NCBI GenBank assembly: GCA_034780895.1
Contig: JAUZTB010000017.1
Span: 21,685,307-21,744,262, forward strand
DNA: 58,956 nt
DNA from: Rhynchobatus australiae
Lineage: Eukaryota
Reading direction: 5' to 3'
The notes under the pieces are model-generated. The model saw nothing but the letters and a program-made list of their open reading frames with translations, had not been told where the DNA came from and did no database searches. The position numbers were made by a program, and so were the translations under genes. Within the stretch, counting starts at the first letter, position 1; each line of letters begins with the position of its first letter. Below are positions 13,046 through 24,177 of this stretch, one piece after another.

Positions 13046-14109
13046 ATGCTGTCAGGACTTTTCACCTGCTGCAAACTGAGGGGCAATGCAACAGACAAAA
13101 AGGCTTCATTTGAACTGTAAAATGCTTACCTTTTCTGGAATAGCTTCAGATCAACACATTTAGATTTCACCTATCACTTACTGTTCCCCAGGGTTATACA
13201 AGCTTCCATTTTAAGTTTATTTCTGATAGGTATTCGGCTGACAGCACTTCATAGATGACACTATAAACTTTAAAACTGGAAGGTGTAGTGCAAAATTCAC
13301 AGAAAATCCAGTCTGTGCAATATTAATGGATTTGCATCCTTTTCCCTTCCTTGGTGAAGTTGGACCAGGCACTATTCACTTTGGGGCAGCTGCTATTTTT
13401 CTGGTGTCACATGCAGACAATGATGTAATGCACATGGCTGCCCTGGCATCAGAAAAGGAGCAATGATGCCCACCCACTGATCTTCACTTATAATTCGTAG
13501 TTAAAAAAAAGGAACAACTCTCATAATAAGTTGGCAAAGAGATGCGAACTAAAGGGACATCAATGTTGCCTCATATCCCCACTTGAGTTTTTAATGCTTC
13601 ACTTTATGAATCATAGCTACGTCTTACATTATTGTAGTTATTCACAATATTGATGCATACTACCATGTCTGCAGACTCATGAGCTTGGGCTCCTGAGGAG
13701 AGTGGCCACTCTCAGACAGACGATGACTGGTTCAAGAAGACTAGTTGAGAGGGGTGGAGGTACAGGAATTAGTCATCTGAGTCACTGCCCTTCTGCATTT
13801 GCCCATTTTCTCACATCCCTATGGCAGCCAGAGTGGCCGTAGAAAAGGCTACCACTGAGACTGCTTCTTATGGCTCTGCCATACTTCCTGGTGGAAACTC
13901 CATTCTCTGCAACAGAATGCCATCATGAGCCATTTATAGCAACAAAGGAGAGAGGGGAGAAATACCCTAATGATTTGCTGATGGTAAATTTCTGCAATTT
14001 TACCATTTTTGGCATCCCTGGTTAGGCATTAGCACTACAAGCAGCACCATCTAAAACCAGTTTCACACTCGATGTGCTATTTTCTATTTTTATTTGAGGC
14101 ACGGGGGGA

Positions 14110-14200
14110 AGCAAGCAGGAATACGGTATTGGGATACAGAATCAGCCACAAATGTATTGAATGAGGGAGCAGACTTGAAGGGCCAAATGGTTTATTTCTG
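14110..14200 (+). mobile_element. CR1 LINE 3' tail fragment, tail-to-tail with the next CR1
   Basis: atcagccacaaatgtattgaatgagggagcagacttgaagggccaaatgg matches the CR1 tails at 21795-21850 and the reverse complement of 24200-24257. Confidence 0.6.
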
Positions 14201-15290
14201 GAGTCACAGGATCATATACTTAGAGTCACACAGCACAGAAACATGCCCTCCAGCCCACTGTGTCCATGCCATGTGATGTACCTATCTACACCAATCCCAT
14301 TTACCCACAATAAGTACATAGGTCTCTATGCTTTAGTGATTCGAGTACAGGCGACCCCCGTGTTATGGTGAGGAGGGGGTGTTATGCTCCTAGCAAAGCC
14401 TGTTCATCTGCATATGCGTCAAGAAATGAGAATTGAAAAAAAGTTATTTTATTTACTCCCCCCACCTCCCCCAAAGTACATTTCGTATAAGTGAATTTTT
14501 ATTCCATATCCCAGATTTTTAGTAGTGATTTGTGAATTCCGTAAGGGCAAATTTTTTTGACCTGAACTGCCCTAATGCAGGAGTCGCCTGTACTTGTCTA
14601 GATGTTTGTTAAATGTTATGAGAATATCTGTCTCCACCACTTCTTCACGCAGCACATTCCAACCACACTTTGTGAAAAAATCCCCCTCAGTTCCTAAACC
14701 TCCTACCTCTCACGTTAAACCTATGCCTTCTTGTCTCTGATAGCCCCAACACAGGAAAAAGATTTTTACTATCTACTTTACCTTTCTCCCTCATAATTTT
14801 ATATACCTCTATCAGTTCATCCCTCAGCCTCCTTTGCTCCAGAGAAAACAAACCCAGCCGATCCAGTCTCTCCTTATGACTGTAATCCTCCAATCCAGGC
14901 AACATCCTGGTGAACGTCCTCTGCACTTCCCTTCCGCACAATCACATCCTTCCGATAGTGCGACAACCAGAATTGCACACAATACTCCAGGTGTGGCCTA
15001 ATTAGTGTTTCATAAAACTCTAAGATGATGCCCCAGCTCTTATGCTTTATTCACCTCACCCACCTGCTGCCACTTTCAGGGACCCAAGGACTTGTACCCC
15101 AGGTTCCCTCTGTTCATTAACATACTGTAGGGTCCTGTGCAAGTCCTACCCTTGTCTGCCTTCTCAAAATGCATCACCTCAGAATTAAGTTCCATTTGCG
15201 ACTGCTCTCTTCAACTTTCCGGCTGATCTATAACATGCTGTGGCCTTAAACAACCTTCCTTGCTATCCACAACATCACCAATATTTCTGA
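14201..15290 (-). mobile_element. 5'-truncated CR1 LINE (ORF2 C-terminus and 3' UTR), interrupted by a MITE
   Basis: ORF 14687-14941 reads VQRTFTRMLPGLEDYSHKERLDRLGLFSLEQRRLRDELIEVYKIM, the typical CR1 ORF2 C-terminus. The upstream codons give PHLEYCVQFW. The 3' tail cagcacagaaac... carries gagtca repeats. Confidence 0.92.
14348..14590. mobile_element. 243-bp non-autonomous Tc1/mariner-superfamily (Tigger/pogo-like) MITE
   Basis: Flanked by TA at 14346-47 and 14591-92. Left TIR caggcgacccccgtgtta versus reverse complement of the right end caggcgactcctgcatta (14/18, all differences transitions). Removing it restores contiguous CR1 (gattcgagTActtgtctagatg). Confidence 0.85.
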
Positions 15291-15429
15291 TCCCAGTTTC
15301 AATGGAAATCCAATTTCTGCACATTTAATCATAACTTTATTGCCCGTAGCCCCACTCATCCACATTAAAACAAGTAACAGAGGAGGTAATTAATAAGATT
15401 ACATAATTTCCACAAGGAGGTATCTAGGT

Positions 15430-15705
15430 ATTGCAGAGACTGCCATCCTTCGGGTGAGAGATGCCGAACTGAAAACCCACCTGCTCTCTCAGGTGGATGT
15501 AAAAAGTCTCGTGGCTTTATTCTGGAGATTTTTTAATGAACTTCTCCTTTATATCTTGGCAATATGCATCACTTCCTGAACATCAATAAAACATATCACC
15601 TGGTCATCATCAGATTGTCCTTTGTGAGTTCCAGTTCCCTACATTATAATAATGATCACACTTTGAAAATACTTAATTCGTAATAAGGTGTTTTTGGACA
15701 ATTAA
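15430..15705 (+). mobile_element. Deu-domain SINE (SacSINE1/AmnSINE1-like)
   Basis: tgccatccttcgggtgagag...ctgctctctcaggtggatgtaaaaagtctcgtggc...cctacattataataatgatcacactttgaaaatacttaatt matches the recalled Deu-SINE core and tail. Confidence 0.72.
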
Positions 15706-15804
15706 AAAGGGACGCGAAGGACACGACCTGTCAATGGCTAATACACACATTCAGGCTGCTGCAATGCATCACAAAACATCCCTGAATGGTCTAGAGTGAC
15801 ATTC

Positions 15805-16155
15805 CCCCAATCCACCACTCTGAAAATTCCCTCCCTCCACCAACAACACATAGGTGTGCCTCACAAAATGCGCTGCATCAACTCACCAAGGTTTCTTTAG
15901 CAGCATCTCCTAAACCAGATCCTTCTCTGATGGGAGAGCTAAAAGCAGCAAGTACAGTGAAACACCATGAACTACAAATCATACACTATCTTCACGTGAA
16001 TATTTGTTCCTTCATCATCACTCAGTCAAAATTCTTGGACCCTTTTATCCAACGGTATTGAGGGGGTACCTTCACCACAAAGACTCAGTGGTTTAAGAAA
16101 CTAGCACACTATTTGAGAAGTAATTAGGGATACCCACATCACATGAATAAAAAGA
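15805..16155 (+). mobile_element. 3' end of second CR1/L2-group LINE family (family B)
   Basis: Collinear with 44915-45298 (ccctccaccaac...aaaatgcgctgcatcaactcaccaag...aattaggga...cccacatcacatgaataaaaa). Confidence 0.75.
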
Positions 16156-16924
16156 AAGTTCCTTCCTTCCCCGTAGAGAAGCAAATGGCCTCAGCTAGAC
16201 ACAGCATTAATGAGATAAGCACTTTGTCATATGCTGGCATTGACTTGTACTGTTTCAATTATTAACAGAATGATGCCACATGCTGAAAGCCTGGTTCATT
16301 GGGAGTTTATTGTTCCAAATACAGCTATGCCATGGCAAATCAACACTCCAGGACCAAGAACCATTGGTTACAAAACTTTCAAAAACTCTACAAATTTGGA
16401 CATTATTTAGAATGGCGATTAAGCCTCCCTCTGGGTCTGAAACTTTCCAGCAACAAATCACAAATACAGACACATGAAAGTCATTTGATAAATCCACTCT
16501 GGTCAGTTCCTCTTCAGTTCACAATACACACGTCCAGAATCATTGAGGAAGTTGAGCTACCATTAATTTGTATTTTAATTAATGGGTCATCCTTCTTGTA
16601 TTAAAAAAAAGCTATGTAATTTTTAGTCTGGATATTTATCAATATTTATACTACTACAATAAACAGTCAATAAAGATATGTGATAACACAAAAAGGAAAC
16701 GTCCTCTCACACCATCTCATTAAAAGCTGTAATGAATAAACCAGTTGGATTCTGCTTAGAATACAGGACAGAAAACTAATTATCTCAAGGTCAGGCATCT
16801 CATAATAAATATCACCTACATTCATGAAATGCTCTGGCATACTGCTTTCCATGTGTTTAAAACCTGCCCCACCAGTTGCAAGAATTATGACACTTCCCTC
16901 TCCCCCTGACACACACACACAGCT

Positions 16925-17400
16925 TTAATGCAACATGTGTTACCAAATTAAATTTGACAAGGAAATATTTGGGCAGAATCTTGGTCAAATGGTTTGAGTA
17001 CAAGAAGCACTGAGATAAGGAGGAAAGAATAGAGAGGTAAAGAGCTATACAGATGGAATCCTAGATCTCAGGGCAGTGAAGGAATGGATACCACTGAATG
17101 AATAAATAAAATCTGGGATGTGCAAAAGAAATGGAAGAACAGATACCTTTAAGGACTGTAGGGTTCAAAAGGGATAACAGAAATAGGGAGGTTTGAGGCA
17201 ATGAAGGGATATGGAGACAAGGAGGAGAAGTTTAAAAATCAAGGTATTGCCTTACCAGAGGCCAATCTACATCAGTGAACATATGGCTAATGAATAAACA
17301 GAACTTGATACAAGTTAAGACAGGAGAAAAGAGTTTTAAAGAACCTCAAAATTTACAGAGGTTAAATTATGAAAGCAAGCCACAAGTGAGATGAAGTAAG
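16925..17400 (-). mobile_element. L2-like LINE 3' region
   Basis: ttggtcaaa...ggaggaaagaatagagagg...aacaagaaataggga-like...acaaggaggagaagtttaaaaatcaaggtattgcc...gccaat; approximately the reverse complement of 45320-45630. Confidence 0.65.
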
Positions 17401-19689
17401 CCAAACTTGACCTCACAACGTAAACCAAGAGGGAATCCTGGGTTTGCAATGCAAGTGTAGCAGGCACCACCACAAGAAAATACAGATTAATACAACATTA
17501 AGTAAAACAAAACATCCAGTACTACAAGGAAACTGCATAGCCTCTCTTGTGGGCAAATGCTCTATACAAATTGTAAAAACTTGTTACCAGGTTGTTACAA
17601 CAAGCAGAAGAAAAAAGATAGGCTTCTGTATGATAGGTACATCCAAACTTAAGCAATGTTCACTGTCAATATAATAGAAGGAACCCAGAATAATACATTG
17701 CTGTTATCAGCCAAAATAAAATTCAACATAAAATTACTTGCAACTTAAGACTGCAAGATTTCTTTCAAAATGTGTTTTTTTAAAATTTGGTACAACTTGT
17801 GAAGATGGCCCTCAGTAACCACGCAATAAAAAGGAGAAAACAGAGAACAAAATGAAGGACTACATCATGTTGTGCATCTGCACAGCACAGCAAATTAGCA
17901 ATAAATTCAAGTACAGTACAAGTGCTTGACCTGTTAAAACCAGTCACAAATGGTGTCACGTGAAATGAGACAAGGGTTTTCACTGGGGCAAAGCCATGGA
18001 GACTGTCTTGGCTTTGGTTCAGCTGACTAGGAACATGACACTAGAATGTACACCAGTTTTGAACAAGATTACCCGAGCCTTGCTTAGCCTTAAGGAAATT
18101 AAGTTAAAGATAAAACAACAAGTTAACACTGAAAATGAAAGCTAATCTATAAAATAGTGGTGTAAATCAAACCATTTAAAGTCTTGACAATTTTTTTGTG
18201 GAAGTTTTTCTAAATCATTGTTTAAACTATTGCCTTCCTTCCCTTTCCTCTTCCAATAATACAGAAACATTGTTCCTACTTTTCAGTAACCTTTTGCTGT
18301 ATTTCACTCTGAGAAGTAACAGATATATTTTTCCAAAATATTAAAATTATATTTTCAAATCTCAAAAGGAAAATAGTGCTTAAAAGAGTTAAGGCATAAA
18401 ACAAGTTGTTTTTTGTGAAAAAGGATAACCCAATTTACACACAATCAACTAAAAGTTTAAATGCATGTTGGCTAACGTGGGCACCAGAACAACAATAGCT
18501 CGTTCAGCTTGTAACCATTCTAGTTTTAACACTCTGAAAACATCAGAAAAAATAAACAAGATACCTCCTTTCAAGTTATATGATGCTTCATCAACAGCTC
18601 ACTTCTACCACTCACTATTAGATAAAGCTTCCTGGTTTAAGATCCCTATCAAACCCTAACAAAAAAAATATTAATTTGTTTGAATGAAAAAGTTTTTGAA
18701 ATCCTTCAAATACACACATAGATCTGTGCTCCTGTAAAAGAACAAAAAGTTGATCATCCCCAACCCTGTAGGTTTAAGATAGCTGAGTTAAAGGTAAAGA
18801 GATTAATTTTTGCATTTTTCAATGCAAAGCAAGCCTTGAAGCAGTGAGACTAACTTTAACACTATATAACTGTAATTAAATACCTCTGGATAAAGCTCTG
18901 CTTGTGTGCAACCACATTAAACAGACATCTGTTTCCTTACTCAGAGAGCAACAGTATAATGTCCCCAGAAGTCAGCATTGCATCAATACCTGCAGATTAA
19001 TAGTTACCAAATTCAAAACAAAAGAATTCTTGTACTTCCCAACCTCATATGAATTCCAAGTAATAACACAAATGATTTTGGAATCCATTCTGGCACATTA
19101 CAAAGCCACCTAAACCGACAAGACTTAAGCTCCAATTGTTGCTATGGTGATTATCATTTGCAATGGCTTACCTATACCAAATAAAATGTGTTCTAGAATT
19201 ACACAAACAAAAACTGTTCGTTTTTTTGTTAATTTTTAATGTCAAGGACAATGAAAGTTCAAATTCTTTGTCAACTAACTGTGTCACATGATTAGTTGCA
19301 AAACTTTATGATAACAGTTTCACAGCAATATTAACCAGTTTGAAAATTTAAACTTCACTCTGGTCCAAACAGCATATCTGAGATTAAATCCAGAAATGTT
19401 TTGGAAGAATTCATGTCTCACTTTAAAGTTGTCCTGAACCAACTTGTTTGCCAATAAGCATTCAGTTTCTGCAAAAATCATTGTTATTTACCTGCTCATA
19501 TTTTTTGTTAACCTTAATGACGGAACAATTAAAACTTTCATATTACCAATATTGCTTTCAGAACCAAAATCCTGTCTCATTAATGAGCAGGATGCCATTA
19601 TATTAGTTATATATTGTTTAAACCCAAGATATTAATTAATGCTACCACTTTAAAATGTAATTTCCAAATATGAACAAGCCCAATTTTTC

Positions 19690-20025
19690 ATAAGAGGAGA
19701 TTAATGGAAATTTGATAAAGGTAGTGCACATGATGAAGGTTTGGAACATAGCAGAACATTTCTTGTGAGCAAAGACCAGAATGAAGAATGTCAATTGAAG
19801 GTAAAATGCTGAAGATTTAGGGCTGGGAATGGGAGAAGTTATTTAGATGTGGGGTTGTGAAGCTCTGTACAGCATTGGCAGAATTATTGACTAAGGAAGG
19901 GATCACAACTATTAAGGATAGGTTTGATAGGAAGCTGAATTAAATATGGCAAAAAGGTGGGGGCAAAGGATTAGAGCATTAACATGGATCGATTGTGGTA
20001 TACAGGCTGCTCTACAGTATTTTGC
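19690..20025 (+). mobile_element. highly decayed CR1 3' region
   Basis: gaggagattaatggaaatttgataaaggtagtgcacatgatgaagg encodes an RRL.G.LI.V..MMK-like segment, followed by a CR1-like 3' UTR. Confidence 0.55.
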
Positions 20026-21324
20026 TTGTAAATTAAGCTAATATTGTCAAATTTGTCCAAACAAAAAGGCAGAAACATTTATGAAATGCATGCAGGTGAC
20101 CAAGTCACACAGCACAAAATATCACAGTAGGGGAGTGATCAATAGTAATGATTTTATTATTGAGAAAACATATATAGGTAAATTTAGACATTGAAGGATC
20201 AAGAAACATGGTTCATTGTGTTATTTTTTAAACATTGTGCACAATGTGCTTTTAAATCCTGAATTTTGAAGAGATAATAAAAATTAGCAGCAGCAGCTCA
20301 GCCAAATGAGTCTAACACATTTTCACATGCAATAGCCTCATAAATGTAGCATCTGGCTCTCACTCAGTGCATTTTGAAAAGATTGAAGACACCCCTTACT
20401 CAGGATCTGCTATTACACTGTTCAACCCATTTTTATTTTAGTTTGGCCACATTTAATTCGGAACAGAATACTTGGACCTAGTAGCTCTCAGATAGCATAC
20501 TGAGATTTGGATATTTTCCTTATCAACCAGGTTTTGTTTAAAAGCAAGATATTAAACGTTGCAACAGCAATACAGCTAAGACACTTTCTAAAGATGTCTT
20601 TGTGGTACATGTTACAAAAAAAGTCAAAATTGAAAAGGTTATAGAACAAGTGTTTTGCAACTGGTGGCACTCTGAGCAAAGNNNNNNNNNNNNNNNNNNN
20701 NNNNNNNNNNNNNNNNNNNNNNNNNNNNNNNNNNNNNNNNNNNNNNNNNNNNNNNNNNNNNNNNNNNNNNNNNNNNNNNNNNNNNNNNNNNNNNNNNNNN
20801 NNNNNNNNNNNNNNNNNNNNNNNNNNNNNNNNNNNNNNNNNNNNNNNNNNNNNNNNNNNNNNNNNNNNNNNNNNNNNNNNNNNNNNNNNNNNGGAATAAA
20901 TCAAGAATCTTTTTCAAAAAGCCACCAGAAATACAATGGGCCAAATAGCCCACTTTTCTTCTTTGTTATTCCACCACTTTCTGATTCTACAATATGCAAA
21001 TCACATTCAGACAGCCATTCAGGACCTCCATCATCCTATTCCTTTATTGCAGACTAGCTCTCTTCTTATACTATGGTTACATGCCAGAGTATATGAAGTC
21101 TATTCTTGAGATTACTGCTGGTGCACAGATTAAAAAAAACTTTCAAATCAGGTAACATGTTTTCTAACTAGTTTGTTCTTAAATATTTACTAATAAAAAC
21201 ACTCTCTCAAACAAGGATTTGTAATTTTTTTTCATTAAACAGCAAAAAATTAACAAAACAAATCCATACTGAGAAATGGCACCCCGACAACAAAGATAAT
21301 GATGTTAGGTTGATGATAAATGAC

Positions 21325-21876
21325 GGGAGACCACGCCTGGAGTACTGCATATAGTTTTGGTGTATTTTGTTTAAGGAATGTTAAGCTTGCATTGGAGGCA
21401 GTTCAGGGAAGATTCACTAAGTTGATTCCTGGGATGTAGGTATCAAGATGAGGGAAGGTTGATCAGGCTGGGTCTATTCCTACTGGAGTTCAGAGAAATG
21501 AGAGGTAATCCTTTTGAAACATGTACATAAGACTCTAATGTCGCCTTACAGGGTAAACCCCAAGACAACATTTCCCTTTCTAAGGAATCTAGAATTGGTG
21601 GGCTTAGTCTCAGAAATACCATGAGAAAGCACTTCTTCTCTCAAAGGGGTGTGAATCTTTCTAATTCTCTACCCCACAGAGTTATGGGAGGTCGAGTCAC
21701 ATTCAAGTATGAGATGGAGAAATTTTTGGAAATTCAGGGAATCAAGGGTTATAGGAAGCTGATAAGAAAGTGGAACTGGTGTCAAGATCAGATCAGATCA
21801 GCCACAAGGCTATTGAATGGCAGAGCAGGCTAGCGGTCACAGGGCCTGATCCTGCTCCTATTTCGAATGTGCTTAT
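21325..21876 (+). mobile_element. 5'-truncated CR1 LINE
   Basis: RPRLEYCI.FW codons at about 21328. ORF 21621 reads RKHFFSQRGVNLSNSLP (CR1 FFSQRVVNLWNSLP). Tail cctgctcctatttc...gtgcttat. Confidence 0.9.
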
Positions 21877-22009
21877 ATAGAAAGTCCCCACAAAATCTTA
21901 TGGAGAACTTCCGGGGATTTAGGCTGGAAATGTGCCATTATTCTCTCCAACTCCAGTGCCTAAGTTGATGCTCAGGCATCTATCCAGTTCATTTTGAATA
22001 ATAGGTCAA

Positions 22010-22290
22010 AAAAACTCACAGGTTTATTTTCTCTGATCTGCACTAAACAGCCAATTTCATCCAGTTACTAGCTGGGATGTTAAATGAAATCTCCATGCCT
22101 CTGGGCAAGGGAGAGTCAGAAGAATTCACCAGCTGTTTCCTAACAATTAGTCAGGGACTCAACAACACCTGCTGAAAAGTGCACATGGCTTCTGGTGAGG
22201 GCAAGCCTTGGCTCACCTTTGATGGCTCGCAGTCAGACAACTTACTCTCACTGTCTGAGCTTGCTTAACTACCCATCTCCCTTGCATGAA
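22010..22290 (+). mobile_element. unclassified ancient SINE-like repeat
   Basis: Resembles a recalled ancient vertebrate SINE-like consensus (cctctgggcaagggag...cctgctgaaaagtg...ggtgagggcaag...ctcactgtctgagct). Weak in-window similarity to 32200-32380 and the reverse complement of 47960-48170. Confidence 0.3.
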
Positions 22291-22344
22291 ATATTTGGAA
22301 TTCTCTGTTTTAAAAAAAATCACATTATATTTAATGATTTCATC

Positions 22345-22597
22345 AAAGCACACAGCATGGAAACAGGCCTTTCAGCCCAATGAGACATTACTGACCAAAC
22401 ACCCATGTACACTGAGCTCATTTTATACTGCCCACATTCCCATCATCTCTCCCCAGAATCGACCACTCACCCACACGAGAGCCAATTAACCTACTGATCA
22501 ACCCAGGTCTTTGGGACATGGGGGGGGGGGGCGGGGGGAGAGATACATGGTCACAGGAAGAGCTTGCAACTTCCACACAGACAGCAGCTGAGGTTTT
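22345..22597 (-). mobile_element. HE1-like V-SINE lacking most of its tRNA head, with CR1-type tail
   Basis: CR1-type tail cacagcatggaaacaggcctttcagccca, then caattaacctac...gtctttgggacatg...tggtcacaggaagagcttgcaacttccacacagacagc. Part of the V-core is replaced by a G-run at 22520-22538. Confidence 0.72.
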
Positions 22598-23899
22598 TGC
22601 CCCTCTAGAATCAATATGAACTGTCATATCAAGGTCAGAAATGCATTCCCCCGGCAGGACTTGGAAGTGGTATCACTCCAGCAAAACCAGGATAGGGAAC
22701 AGGGTAAAATAAATACTGGCTGTCATGAAGTGAGACAAAACAAGGTCTGTGGAGGTGCTAGTCCACATTAGCAGCTTTGTATTGACAGCCATGACAATAA
22801 AATGCCACAATGATTGGCAGGACACCAGCAGCATTGGCACCATTACATTTTTGGAACATAGGTTTATAATTTCACACCCTAAAATTTGCATTCCTAATAG
22901 TTATTACCAGAACAACTGGGCACATTTGCTTCACACATGAACAAAACTTTGCTATCCAAGAACTTCACAACAATCATGCCCTTGACAGTCACTGCAAATG
23001 TGGTTAAACTTCAATCGCTTTAATTATATACAAAAATAAAACAAGTGACCTTTTGGGCTTGGCTTGCAAGCAACTAGCAAATGATTTTTTGATTTCACAG
23101 ATGTGTACTTCAAACAGATGTTGGGTGTGGAGGAATTGAAGACATTATCATTCAAAGACAATAAATGCAGAACAAAAGGATACAGATAATTAAGACAAAA
23201 AAGTGACAAAATGGAGTGTGAGAGAAGGATATGACAGGCACAGCTGAAAAATCTGTCATTTTTATTTATGAAGTTTTTGAAAATGCTGATATCTGAAAAG
23301 GATTATCACTGCAAAACAGAAATTCTGTAGTGATAAAATCAGTAAGCTGAATTCTTTAATAACATTGCCAGACCAAATTGTGCAAAATTCTATAGAGATA
23401 TCAACTCTGGAGATTAAAAATGATGCAAGTATGTGTGACAACAGGAATGATGGGATTAATTTTTTGTTTCTTAAATAAAAATCTTTTGGACTCTATCAAA
23501 CATTACCAACATTTATTTTAACTCATCTCAGAGAAGCTTATATATAAACCAACATATAATCACACAAAATCCTTATAAATCAGCCTTAAAGGATTTCAAG
23601 TTCTGTACTACCTGTTGCAATGGCACTAACTGAATAAGTAAAAGACTATAAAAGTTCATTCTGGTGATATGTAATTTTATGTTTACTTCTTGTATACTTT
23701 AATCAGAAAAAGCCAAGCTCCAGCACACTTAAAAATAACGAGGTGCATCTTAGAATTAAATCTCTATACCACTGAGCAAGAGTGGTGTGAGTGGCATTTA
23801 AAATGTTGTTGGATGGATAAATGCTGCAGTATTCCTGCCTCCTGCCTGCCCTCAGTTTTAACTGGAATGTCATTGATACCACAATGCAAGTTTCACTGG

Positions 23900-24177
23900 G
23901 ATTTAAAAACACAGGTGACCATCACTTCCTTCCATCCAGTCCATATTCATGGTGCATTGCTTCAGGAAGGCTAATAGTATCATCAAGGATGCCTGCCACT
24001 CTGTCCATTCCTTTTTCTCCCTGGGAGAAGATACAGGAGCTTGGAAGCCCGGATGACCAGACCCAAGAACAGCTTCTTCCCCATTGCTCTCCGACTTCTG
24101 AACCAATCACCTCTTTTACATCCCATTTCCGGTGGTGCTGCCGGACTCTTAATTCTACCTCTCTTGGTTATTCCATT
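23900..24177 (+). mobile_element. Rex1/Babar-like LINE, ORF C-terminus and start of 3' UTR
   Basis: With one frameshift it translates as LPSIQSIFMVHCFRKANSIIKDACHSVHSFFS / GRRYRSLEARMTRPKNSFFPIALRLLN, the characteristic Rex1-type C-terminus. Confidence 0.8.
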
